Positions 38,955 through 48,269 of a DNA stretch of 64,000 nucleotides are shown in pieces. A model generated the notes under the pieces. That model made no database searches, was not told the DNA's origin, and saw only the letters and a list, made by a program, of their open reading frames with translations. Positions within the stretch are counted from its first letter, which is position 1. Each line of letters starts with the position of its first letter. The translations under genes were made by a program, and so were the position numbers. Source of the stretch: Maritalea sp. (lineage in GTDB: Bacteria; Pseudomonadota; Alphaproteobacteria; Rhizobiales; Devosiaceae); contig NZ_JBLIAI010000004.1 of NCBI RefSeq assembly GCF_047634455.1, positions 48,211-112,210 of the forward strand, read 5' to 3'.

Positions 38955-41900
38955 TTACAGATCCACTTCGATCTCACCATTTGCAGCCGCCGCGCGCGAT
39001 TGGCAGAGAATTATCGAGGTCTCTTTTTGTTTCTTCGACAGCACAAAATCTCTATGTTCCACCTCACCCGACACCAAACCGCATTTGCACACGCCGCAAA
39101 TGCCATCCGAACATTTCACATCCACATGGATGCCATTTTCGGCCAAAACATCGGTTGCGGTTTTGTCCGCAGGCACCTCAAAGCTTTTGCCTGATTTCAC
39201 AAGTTTTAGCGTGAATGGATGGTTTTCATAATCCGGCAATTCAGGCACGTTGAAATATTCGATATGCCGCTCTTCTTCTGCAAAGCCTTGCCGCTCGGCC
39301 GCTTCCATCACCGATTGCATGTAGCGCTCGGGCCCGCATGTATAAACATGTGCGCCCACAACATATTCGCCAAGCTCCGCATCCAAGTCCGCACGACTGC
39401 CTTCGTCGCTAAAATGGAGATTGACACGATCTGCCCAGTCCGCTGCCGCCAAATCCGCTAGGTATCCTGCAGTGGAGCGAGATGAGCAGGAATAATGGAC
39501 AACAAAATCTGCTCCAATTGCATGCAGCCGATGCGCCATTGCAATCATCGGCGTGATGCCAATGCCACCGCCCATCAAATAGGTTTTGTTGGCCGTCTCA
39601 TCCAATGGAAAATGATTGATTGGTTTTGAAACAAAAATCTTGCGTCCAACTGTGAAAATTCGGTGGAGTAAAGCAGAACCGCCGCGACCCTCATCCTCTC
39701 GTAAAACGCCGATTTGATATTTGGAACGATCACTTGGATCACCCGACATAGAATATTGTCGCAAAAACTCTGGTGCGACCACAATGTCCAAATGCGCGCC
39801 CGCAGTCCATTCAGGCAAATCGTCGCCAATGATCGACGAGAACTCATATTTGGTAACGCCGTCGGTCATTTTCTCAGCTTTAGTAATTTCAACCCGAACA
39901 ACTGGCGCATCACCTTCAATCTTATACTCGTGTGCCAAACCATCCGTTTCGCCCACTGCCAGTTTGGCTTGGTATTGCTTTGCGGTAATCATGGCTTGAT
40001 AGGCTTCGATCCCCTTTTCGCGATCCATCGGGAACGGAAACGGCCAAGGGTGAGGCGCAAGATTGGCGGGATATACCGCCAAGGTTTGATCTTCAAATTT
40101 CAGATCGAGATCTTTTTGCAAGTCCCGTTTATTCACCTTATGGGCGGTGGGCCGGTAGCCACCATCGTCCTGAATTTCGAGGTCCCACCACCATTTTTTA
40201 ATCTCATTGCGCTCACCATTGCCAACAAAATCGTCAAGCTTGGCCAAAGCGGGCGCAGCCTTTGGCACGTTCATTGCGACCCAGCGAAAAGGAGCCTCAG
40301 CAAATATGCCTTCTAAATTCCAAGGACAGGTTTTCATACAGCGCCCACACATCGCGCCCCCTTCGTTGGTGATCCGGTAGGTCGTGCATTTTTGGCTGTC
40401 AGACTTCCACGTCTCATAGCCATTAAACATCAATTTTGGCCCCGCAGTAATCGCCCCAGCCGGACATTCGCGCGCACATTTGTTGCAACTCTCGCAGAAC
40501 TGCTGCAACCCAAACGAAATCGGTTTGTCATGCGCCATCGGCATGTCGGTCGTAACAACGCCTGACTTCAAGCGCGGCCCCAGAAACGGGTTAAGAATAA
40601 CCTCGCCGATCCGGCTAACCTCACCAAGCCCGGACAACAGCAAAAGCGGCGGTTGCAACACCTCGCCATCCATCACAGAATGGGCTTTGGCTTTGTAACC
40701 AAGTCGACGAATTTGTTTGGCAACAATGCTGCCGAAAATCGAAAACCGCAGATAGGCTCGCATGGACTGCGAAACCGCAATCCAATCATCGCCCGATGCG
40801 CCTTCCATGGTTTCATAGCCCTGATCAATCACCATTGAAATCGCTTGATCATGCGGGGGGATTATTGGCTCGCCCGTCGCATCGTGGGAATACCACGTCC
40901 ATTCTGGACAGCGAGACACCCCAACCGCGTCGACCCCCAAAAAGTATGACATCGCTTTGATATTTTCGGCATTGGTGTTCGGGTTTTTCGTAGCCGCAGT
41001 GGCCGTTGCCTCTTGGCCGCCATCCTGCAACAAAACAAATGCGCCAAGCCCGCGCCGCTGCGCCATCGACGGGGCTGTTTTGCGAACATAATGGCCGTTG
41101 CGCGACGCCTGCTGGTTTTTCTTTCCCATATCGCCGAACAATGAGCGCGCAAACATATCTGTCCGTTTGGGTACCCGCGGCACACGGTCTTCATCGATAA
41201 AGGTTGTCGGCTTGTCTTGGCGTTTTAACGTTTCAAACGGATGCATTCCATCAACAAACCGTCGATTTTTGTACGGATCAAGATTGGCGGCGCTTTTTGC
41301 GGTCCCTACCCCAAATTTCCAGGCAAACCCATGGGTTTTGGATTTCGGCTGCTCCGCAAATGGCACCAAAGGCAAATCATGCGCAAACTCAAACTCGGTG
41401 GTTACCGCCGCAATTGAAAACCGCGTACCAAGATATGGATTGTAGAGTTCTCCATTTTCAATCGTCGCTAAACCGGATGCAACTGCCAGTCGGTTGAGGT
41501 CCACATCAGATGTTGAATGGCCATGCGCCCGCGCTTCATAGCCTAACAAGCGCAAATACTGCGCCAAAATGACTGCCGTTTCCATGCTCCGCAATGCGGA
41601 TCTGGCATGGCCCGCCCCCTTCAACCATACGCTTCCAGGTTCATCTTGACGGACTTCACGCGGTTGCTCGACCAAAAATACCAGCGCGTGTTTATGCCCC
41701 AACATCTCCTTGGGTGGCGCGTTCATTGCGTCACGCAAATCTGCCATGATGACGTCAACGCCAGAAGCTAAGGATTTGGTTTGGTTTGTTCTTAGTTTTT
41801 CTGCGAGCGCATCAATGTCGGGATTGCGAAACGGCTGAGCGAGCAACAGTTCCGGGCCAAATGAACAGGTTGCCGCCATCGAAACATCACAAAAATACCC

Positions 41901-42173
41901 GAACGCCTTCATGTGGTTTTGCCGCTCTCTCAGATCATTCGGCACTTCCGCTTTGGCCTTGTTGATCAGCCCGTCACGAATGGCGTCCAGCATGGCTTGC
42001 GCTTCGCTCATGGCATTGACAATGTTTTCTGGCGAATTCTCATCGACAAAATTCAACTGTTCACAAACAGGAACATTCGAAAAATCTGTTACACCAGAAG
42101 CAGCACGTTCAAGCCGTTCCAGTGGGAATGGACCTAAATGTACTGGACGATGTTTGTCGGAGAAATACTTCAT
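38955..42173 (-). CDS. rdhA: Catabolic, self-sufficient reductive dehalogenase (cobalamin + 2x4Fe-4S RdhA fused to an FAD/NAD(P)H reductase and a 2Fe-2S ferredoxin)
   Basis: SMRAY, GLGEVSRIG, GPRLKS, FCESCNKCARECP, C...CGRCMKTCPW; then RQYSM, GRGGS, GGGIGITP, YTCGP, CSDGICGVC...LCQS. No Tat signal and no rdhB. Confidence 0.88.
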   Translation of the reverse strand: MKYFSDKHRPVHLGPFPLERLERAASGVTDFSNVPVCEQLNFVDENSPENIVNAMSEAQAMLDAIRDGLINKAKAEVPNDLRERQNHMKAFGYFCDVSMAATCSFGPELLLAQPFRNPDIDALAEKLRTNQTKSLASGVDVIMADLRDAMNAPPKEMLGHKHALVFLVEQPREVRQDEPGSVWLKGAGHARSALRSMETAVILAQYLRLLGYEARAHGHSTSDVDLNRLAVASGLATIENGELYNPYLGTRFSIAAVTTEFEFAHDLPLVPFAEQPKSKTHGFAWKFGVGTAKSAANLDPYKNRRFVDGMHPFETLKRQDKPTTFIDEDRVPRVPKRTDMFARSLFGDMGKKNQQASRNGHYVRKTAPSMAQRRGLGAFVLLQDGGQEATATAATKNPNTNAENIKAMSYFLGVDAVGVSRCPEWTWYSHDATGEPIIPPHDQAISMVIDQGYETMEGASGDDWIAVSQSMRAYLRFSIFGSIVAKQIRRLGYKAKAHSVMDGEVLQPPLLLLSGLGEVSRIGEVILNPFLGPRLKSGVVTTDMPMAHDKPISFGLQQFCESCNKCARECPAGAITAGPKLMFNGYETWKSDSQKCTTYRITNEGGAMCGRCMKTCPWNLEGIFAEAPFRWVAMNVPKAAPALAKLDDFVGNGERNEIKKWWWDLEIQDDGGYRPTAHKVNKRDLQKDLDLKFEDQTLAVYPANLAPHPWPFPFPMDREKGIEAYQAMITAKQYQAKLAVGETDGLAHEYKIEGDAPVVRVEITKAEKMTDGVTKYEFSSIIGDDLPEWTAGAHLDIVVAPEFLRQYSMSGDPSDRSKYQIGVLREDEGRGGSALLHRIFTVGRKIFVSKPINHFPLDETANKTYLMGGGIGITPMIAMAHRLHAIGADFVVHYSCSSRSTAGYLADLAAADWADRVNLHFSDEGSRADLDAELGEYVVGAHVYTCGPERYMQSVMEAAERQGFAEEERHIEYFNVPELPDYENHPFTLKLVKSGKSFEVPADKTATDVLAENGIHVDVKCSDGICGVCKCGLVSGEVEHRDFVLSKKQKETSIILCQSRAAAANGEIEVDL

Positions 42174-42187
42174 ACTCAAAGTTCCAT

Positions 42188-43258
42188 TTACAGCGAAGCA
42201 GTGTTCGCACTCATTTCTTCGACAAGCCGAACAACGGCGTTTGCCGCAAAGATACAGTCTTTTTCATCAACCCCAAGGTGGCTAACCAGCCGTATAGTTC
42301 TGTTGTCCAAAGCATTCACCAAGACACCATGTTCTTTAAGGGCTGCCACCAAACTGAAAGCACTAATTGCCCATTCATTGAGCTTAAAAACCACAATGTT
42401 GGTGCACACTGAGCTCACGTCCAACTCGATATATTGACTTTCATTTACAAGCCTTGCCATTTGCCCTGCATGGGCATGATCTTCAAATAGCCGCGCGATA
42501 TTGTTCTTCAACGCAAAGCGCCCGGCAGCGGCGTAATAGCCAGTTTGCCGCATCGCGCCGCCCAACATTCGTCTTTGCCGAATGGCGGACTGAATAAAAT
42601 CAGCATTCCCCGCCAAAACGGAACCACCCGGCGCGCCAAGTCCTTTTGACATTGAGACCATCACAGCATCAAACGGCGCTGCCAACGCGGCAACACTTTG
42701 CCCGCCAAATATTGCAGCGTTCCACAAACGCGCACCATCAAGGTAACTGAAAACGCCAGCGCTTTTTGCCAAATCGCAAATTGCGATGAGCACCTCAAAA
42801 TCAAAAACTCCACCTCCACACCGATTGTGCGTATTTTCAACTTGAACCATCGTTGTTGGCGGATATATGTGGTGATTACGCGGTTTGATGGCATCTTCAA
42901 AATCACTTGCCGCAAACCGACCAGCACTACCGATTTCGGTGAACTGCACACTAGCATTTGCTGCACCTGCGCCAGCCTCGTGCCAAACCGCGTGGCTTTG
43001 CGTCGAAACGATAACATCGTCGCCCGGGTTGGTGGCGACACGCAGCGCAATTTGATTGGCCATTGTTCCAGAGGGCACCCAAAGCGCGGACTCTTTGCCT
43101 AGCTCTTGGGCAATTTCTTCCTGCAACAAATTGGTTTCGCGATCATCCTGGTATTGGTCGTCGCCCACTTCAGCAGCCATCATCCCAGCCAACATATTGA
43201 CGCAGGGCTTGGCGACAGCATCTGAGCGCAGATCAATTAAATTTTTGGCTTTTTTCAC
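42188..43258 (-). CDS. PLP-dependent threonine/phenylserine aldolase family protein
   Basis: IDLRSD, SGTMANQ, ENTHN, LDGARLWNA, SKGLGAPGGS, GGAMRQ, IRLVSH. Confidence 0.9.
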   Translation of the reverse strand: MKKAKNLIDLRSDAVAKPCVNMLAGMMAAEVGDDQYQDDRETNLLQEEIAQELGKESALWVPSGTMANQIALRVATNPGDDVIVSTQSHAVWHEAGAGAANASVQFTEIGSAGRFAASDFEDAIKPRNHHIYPPTTMVQVENTHNRCGGGVFDFEVLIAICDLAKSAGVFSYLDGARLWNAAIFGGQSVAALAAPFDAVMVSMSKGLGAPGGSVLAGNADFIQSAIRQRRMLGGAMRQTGYYAAAGRFALKNNIARLFEDHAHAGQMARLVNESQYIELDVSSVCTNIVVFKLNEWAISAFSLVAALKEHGVLVNALDNRTIRLVSHLGVDEKDCIFAANAVVRLVEEMSANTASL

Positions 43259-43281
43259 TCATCCCCCAAATCGATTCGCGA

Positions 43282-43731
43282 CTAGAGACGCATCAGTTTC
43301 ACGTCTTCTCCCTCTGTCAGAACATCTATGGCGCTCATCAAAACCCTATAGGTTTCAACATCCAATTTTTGGGCGAAATGATCGTTCAATGCACGCACCA
43401 AAATGTGGCAAGCTTTCATTTTTTCTTCGCCCAATTCTGTCAGCACAACCTCGGTAAAACGCTTGTCATCATAAATACCGCTGCGCTCCACAAACCCCCG
43501 CTCCTCCATGCTTTTTAGAAGCCTCGAGACCGCAGGTCGCGCAATGCAGATATAGTCCGCCAAGCCCGAGGGAGTATTCACATCTTCCATCCCAACGCCA
43601 CGCAAAACGCACCACATGAGGCGCGTAACGCCGTGTACTGATAGCTGCTTTTCTAGCCGCGCCTCCATAATTCTTGCCAACCGCGTCACCTTAAAACCGA
43701 CGCGATTATGTAACGTATATTCTTCCGCCAA
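43282..43731 (-). CDS. MarR-family regulator
   Basis: Winged HTH ARPAVSRLLKSMEERGFVER, DKR...LTELG. TTG start after GGAGG. Confidence 0.88.
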   Translation of the reverse strand: MAEEYTLHNRVGFKVTRLARIMEARLEKQLSVHGVTRLMWCVLRGVGMEDVNTPSGLADYICIARPAVSRLLKSMEERGFVERSGIYDDKRFTEVVLTELGEEKMKACHILVRALNDHFAQKLDVETYRVLMSAIDVLTEGEDVKLMRL

Positions 43732-43785
43732 TGCATGCCTCCAAGAATTGAGCTGACAAGCATTATAACATATTCAAATAGACGG

Positions 43786-43811
43786 TTAACATGGATAACT
43801 ATCTATGTTAA
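43786..43811. promoter_or_regulatory. Putative MarR operator between the divergent promoters
   Basis: TTAACATGGATA-AC-TATCTATGTTAA; the two 12-bp arms match at 11 of 12 positions. Confidence 0.6.
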
Positions 43812-43845
43812 GTACATATCGTTATTTTTTTGAGGGGGGAGACCA

Positions 43846-44862
43846 ATGAAAACAGTAAGAAACGTATTTGGCGCTGTAGCGTCGGCAACAATTCTGGCCG
43901 CAAGTGTGACATTTGGGGCGACAGCGGCCAACGCAGCCGAGCTAAAAATCGCGCACTTTATGCCAGCCATGCATCCAATGGACCAAGGCGTAATGTCGCC
44001 ACTGGCCGAGGAAATCAATGCCGCCACTGGCGGTGAATTGACCATGCGCATTTACCCGTCTGGTGAATTGGGAAAGGGACCAGTTCAACAGTATAAGCGG
44101 GTCGTAACCGGCGTTGCCGACATCGTGTTCGGCATTCCAGATTACACGCCGCAGCAATTCGCAAAAACCGGCATGGTGCATATTCCGGGCCTATTCGCCA
44201 ATGGCACCGAGGCCACCAACGCATTGTGGGACAATATCGGCCTTATCGAAGATGAGTACGCGCAAACCAAACTGCTTGGCCTTTGGGCAAATAACCCATC
44301 TGTTTTGATCACCAGCAATAAAGCCGTGCGCACGCTGGCCGACATGCAAGGCATGAAAATTCGCACACCAAACCCTGTGATGGCTGAGCTGGTCAAAGCC
44401 TGGGGCGGCGTTCCAGTATCCATGCCAACAACCGAAACATATAACGCGATGAATACAGGCGTTATAGATGCAGTCATGATTGGTCCATCAGGCATTCGAT
44501 CATACAAACTCAACGAAACCGCAAAGTATGTCACAACAAATATCCCATCAGCTTTGGATAGTTTCTATCTCTTGATGAACAAATCTAGCTGGGACAACCT
44601 GAGTGACGACCACAAAGCAAAACTGGACGCCCTTACCGGACGTGCAATGAGCTTGCGTGGCGCAAAAGCTTTTTATGATGCAGGCCAGGCTGGCCTTCAA
44701 CTGGCGAAAGACAGCGGCGTTGAAATGATTGAAATTGACGCAGCAGCAGACGCGGAATTCCGTGCACAAATGGAAGATACGCTGAACGCATTCATTGACA
44801 AAATCGGCTCCGAAAACGGCGTTGACGCCCACGCGATCGTTGCCGCGCTTGGCAGTAAATAA
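43846..44862 (+). CDS. dctP: TRAP solute-binding protein
   Basis: Sec signal, IYPSGELG, GVADI, DMQGMKIRTP (conserved carboxylate-binding Arg), YNAMNTGVID. Confidence 0.9.
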   Translation: MKTVRNVFGAVASATILAASVTFGATAANAAELKIAHFMPAMHPMDQGVMSPLAEEINAATGGELTMRIYPSGELGKGPVQQYKRVVTGVADIVFGIPDYTPQQFAKTGMVHIPGLFANGTEATNALWDNIGLIEDEYAQTKLLGLWANNPSVLITSNKAVRTLADMQGMKIRTPNPVMAELVKAWGGVPVSMPTTETYNAMNTGVIDAVMIGPSGIRSYKLNETAKYVTTNIPSALDSFYLLMNKSSWDNLSDDHKAKLDALTGRAMSLRGAKAFYDAGQAGLQLAKDSGVEMIEIDAAADAEFRAQMEDTLNAFIDKIGSENGVDAHAIVAALGSK

Positions 44863-44864
44863 AT

Positions 44865-45359
44865 ATGTCAAAGCAAGACTTTGGCGCGTCAATCCAGAAA
44901 AGCTCTGGCTGGCGCAACTGGGTCGAGGTGCCGCTTGTCATAAGCGGCGCCTTGATCATTTTCGCCTTGATGGGACTGTCCGTTTCAGACGCATTACTTC
45001 GGTCGTTTTTCAACAAACCGGTTTTCGGGGCGAACGATTACGCCCAGATATTGCTGTCGTTCGCGGTAGCAGCAAGTTTCCCATTGTGCGTGATCGCGGG
45101 CAGATTGATTGCCATTGATACTTTGGTGCTGATGATGCCTAAACCCGTGCAATATTGGCTTGATTGGCTGGTAACAGCTCTCGGGGCAATCATGCTGGGT
45201 TACGTGGCTTGGCGCGCTTTTTTTAATGCGTTAGAGGCGGCAACGTTTGGCGAGGCAACCCTGCTTTTGCAGCTGCCCTATGGCCCTTCATATTATGCGG
45301 TAGCTGCAGGCTGTGGCGTATCCGCGGTCCTTGTTGTTTTAGAAAGAGTATTGCGATGA
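44865..45359 (+). CDS. dctQ: TRAP small permease
   Basis: Four TM helices, DALLRSFFNKP, IAIDT. Confidence 0.87.
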   Translation: MSKQDFGASIQKSSGWRNWVEVPLVISGALIIFALMGLSVSDALLRSFFNKPVFGANDYAQILLSFAVAASFPLCVIAGRLIAIDTLVLMMPKPVQYWLDWLVTALGAIMLGYVAWRAFFNALEAATFGEATLLLQLPYGPSYYAVAAGCGVSAVLVVLERVLR

Positions 45360-46663
45360 GCCCGGAACTCTATGGCGTCTTGGGCTTCGCCGCCCTATTC
45401 ATATTTTTGGCGATAGGCACACCTGTTGCTGTTGCTTTGCTCATTGTTGGTTTTGTTGGCACGATTTTGCTGTCTGGATTTCAAGCCGCTGCATTCACCC
45501 TAAGTGGGCAGGCATTTGCAACCGTTACCGTTTATGAATTGACGATTATTCCGCTGTTCATTCTGATGGGAAACTTGGCTTCATCCGCTGGGTTGAGCCG
45601 CGATTTGTTCGAAGCCGCGCACAAGATCATTGGCCACTTCAAAGGCGGTCTAGCCGCCGCAACAATTGTCGGTTGCGCAGGATTTGCAGCTCTGTCCGGC
45701 TCTTCAATAGCCTCAGCAATCACGATGGGTAAAGTGGCATATCCAGAGATGCGGCGTTTCAATTATGGCGCACGTTTGGCCACCGGATCAATCGCTGCGG
45801 GCGGGACACTTGGCATTCTCATTCCACCATCCACTGGCTTTGTAATCTACGCCGTACTGACCGAGGAATCGATTGGACGCTTGTTTATGGCAGGCGTATT
45901 GCCGGGCATTTTGCTCACGACGATGTTTTTGGTCGCCATTTCGATTGTCACATTCTTTTGGCCCGAAGAGGGGCCACGCGGCCCCAAATTCAGCACCAGG
46001 GAAAAACTAACAAGCTTGGTGCGGGCAACCGGAATCGGCATCATCATATTCATCACTATCGGCGGCATTTATACGGGCTTTTTCACGCCTGTGGAGGCGG
46101 CTGGCGTAGGCGCGTTCTTCGCGTTGGTCATGCTGATCATCCGTGGCAAGTGCGACGCCAAAACGCTATACGATGTGAGTGCGGAAACGCTAAAAACCAC
46201 AGGCATGGCCTTCTTCATCTTGGTCGGCGCAAATGTGTTCAGCCCGTTCGTTTCGCTATCGCACTTGCCTGAAACAATAGCCAATGGCATGACGGGTTTG
46301 GCGCTAGGCACCTACGGCACACTGGCCATTATTTTGCTTGGTTACGTGATTTTGGGCATGTTCATCGAAGGGCTTTCGCTGCTCGTCATAACGCTGCCAA
46401 TTGTGTTTCCATTGGTCGTCGGCATGGGTTTTGACCCGATATGGCTCGGCGTCGTTATGGTTATCGTATTGGAAATGGGGCTTATTTCACCGCCCGTCGG
46501 GGTCAATGTCTTTATTGTAAAAAGCGTTGTCGCTGATGTAAAGATTGAGACAATTTTTGCCGGTATCATGCCCTTTTGGCTTGCAATGATCGTCACACTG
46601 GCACTGATCGTGATCTTCCCAGAAATCGCACTTTTACTGCCAAATGCGATGTTCAACAATTAG
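45356..46663 (+). CDS. dctM: TRAP large permease
   Basis: IPLFILMG, SGSSIA, GGTLGILIPPS, TPVEAA, ISPPVGVN. Confidence 0.92.
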   Translation: MSPELYGVLGFAALFIFLAIGTPVAVALLIVGFVGTILLSGFQAAAFTLSGQAFATVTVYELTIIPLFILMGNLASSAGLSRDLFEAAHKIIGHFKGGLAAATIVGCAGFAALSGSSIASAITMGKVAYPEMRRFNYGARLATGSIAAGGTLGILIPPSTGFVIYAVLTEESIGRLFMAGVLPGILLTTMFLVAISIVTFFWPEEGPRGPKFSTREKLTSLVRATGIGIIIFITIGGIYTGFFTPVEAAGVGAFFALVMLIIRGKCDAKTLYDVSAETLKTTGMAFFILVGANVFSPFVSLSHLPETIANGMTGLALGTYGTLAIILLGYVILGMFIEGLSLLVITLPIVFPLVVGMGFDPIWLGVVMVIVLEMGLISPPVGVNVFIVKSVVADVKIETIFAGIMPFWLAMIVTLALIVIFPEIALLLPNAMFNN

Positions 46664-46706
46664 CCATAAAATGAAGCGCCGCTACGACAAAAACCTTGCA
46701 AACTTC

Positions 46707-47438
46707 CTACACTGAATAGCGTGGCAGCTTATGAAAAGCCTCTTTTAGCGCAGCACCCCAGCCGGTTGAAATGCTTTGATATATCGCATCACCCACCTCA
46801 ACACGTTTTTGTCGACCCAGGTCAAAACTGTCATTCTCATAAACAAGAATATCAATTGGCAACCCGACCGAAAGATTGGATTTAATTGTTGAGTCAAACG
46901 AAACCAGCAACAGTTTTACAGCATCATCAAAGCTCATGTCCGCATCATATGCCCGCACAAGAATGGGCTTGCCATATTTCGTTTCGCCAATTTGAAAAAA
47001 TGGGGTGTCCTCAGTAACTTCGATAAAGTTACCCTCTGGGTAAATCAGAAAAATCGTCGGTTTACCATCCTTCACCTGACCCGCAAGAATTACCGACGCT
47101 CGAAATTGATCATCAGATGTCTGCCCGTTTGGGCTGCTATCCGCGATAACTTCTTTCAAAGTTTCGCCAACAAGTCGGGCAACCTGAAACATTGAGGGCT
47201 GACGCAGAATGCTAGGATCACGCTCTTCAACCGTTTTCGAGCGCTCTTCCAACAGACTAATCATCGCCTGTGTCGTTGCAAGATTACCGGCAGTCATAAT
47301 TGTGAAGGCGCATTCGCCCGGAACAAACCAGGTGAACATTTTTCTGCTCACCGAAAAATTATCTACCCCAGCACTGGTGCGCGTGTCGGCCATCAAAACC
47401 AGGCCATGGTTTAACCGCATGCCAACACAATATGTCAT
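46707..47438 (-). CDS. Proteasome-type Ntn protease (Anbu)
   Basis: MTYCVG (catalytic N-terminal Thr), ADTRTSAGVD, AGNLATTQ, YPEGNFIE, QIGETKYGKPIL, SNLSVGLP. Confidence 0.92.
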   Translation of the reverse strand: MTYCVGMRLNHGLVLMADTRTSAGVDNFSVSRKMFTWFVPGECAFTIMTAGNLATTQAMISLLEERSKTVEERDPSILRQPSMFQVARLVGETLKEVIADSSPNGQTSDDQFRASVILAGQVKDGKPTIFLIYPEGNFIEVTEDTPFFQIGETKYGKPILVRAYDADMSFDDAVKLLLVSFDSTIKSNLSVGLPIDILVYENDSFDLGRQKRVEVGDAIYQSISTGWGAALKEAFHKLPRYSV

Positions 47439-47471
47439 CTACTCAATCCAAAAAGGTTTCTTCACCTCTAT

Positions 47472-48269
47472 CTACTGCTGCACTTGCAAAGATACAATCA
47501 TTGATTCATCCGAGTTCCCAAGCCGCATCCCTTTGATTGGAGCCGCATCGCGGGCATCGCGTCCCACAGCAAGGCGAACATATTTTTCGTCCGGCGCAAC
47601 CCCGTTCGATACATCAAAGCCAACCCAGCCCAAATCGTCCACATGCACCTCGGCCCAAGCATGGCTGGCGTCCTGATCAACTTGCTCATTGATCATCAAA
47701 TACCCGCTCACATACCGCGTTGGGATACCGGCTAATCGAGCAGCGGATGCAAAAATGTGCGCATGATCTTGGCAGACGCCATTCCCCATCACCAAAGCGT
47801 CTTCAGCTTTCGTTTCAGCGTCTGTTGCACCGACTTTATAAGGTGCCGCTTCCAAAAGAGCAGCGGACAGTGCGTGCAGCCCAGACAGCGGATCGCTGCT
47901 CTGATCAATGATTTTCGATAGAGCCCGAATTTTGGGCCCTGGACTTGTTAAGGACGTGGCTTGCAAAAAATGCCAAAGCGGCGCGCGACCATAAACTTTG
48001 CCGATAATGCCGTTTGAATCATGGGTTGTCACTGAACCTGTCGCGGTAACCGACAATGTTTGCGTGCCGGGCAAAGTGCTCACCAGGTCAGTGTGATTGC
48101 CATAATGGTCTTGATAGCTAGCTTCAATCTGACCGCCATCTACAATAAGGTCCCAAGAACCAACATCTTGGTTATTGGTACTCAGTGGCCGCAAATGCAC
48201 ACGTTGCAGAGCATAGTCAACCGGCTGATCATAGCGATAGAGTGTGGTATGAGATATCTGGAGTTGCAT
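47472..48269 (-). CDS. Transglutaminase-like protein
   Basis: ISHTTLYRY, GVCQDHAH, RYVSGY, HAWAE, GWVGFD, VGRD. Confidence 0.92.
   Translation of the reverse strand: MQLQISHTTLYRYDQPVDYALQRVHLRPLSTNNQDVGSWDLIVDGGQIEASYQDHYGNHTDLVSTLPGTQTLSVTATGSVTTHDSNGIIGKVYGRAPLWHFLQATSLTSPGPKIRALSKIIDQSSDPLSGLHALSAALLEAAPYKVGATDAETKAEDALVMGNGVCQDHAHIFASAARLAGIPTRYVSGYLMINEQVDQDASHAWAEVHVDDLGWVGFDVSNGVAPDEKYVRLAVGRDARDAAPIKGMRLGNSDESMIVSLQVQQ

Noticed and set aside
38955-42173. Respiratory RdhA or epoxyqueuosine reductase QueG
   Set aside because: No Tat signal or rdhB anchor; its size, duplicated N-terminal domain and fused reductase fit the catabolic class rather than QueG.
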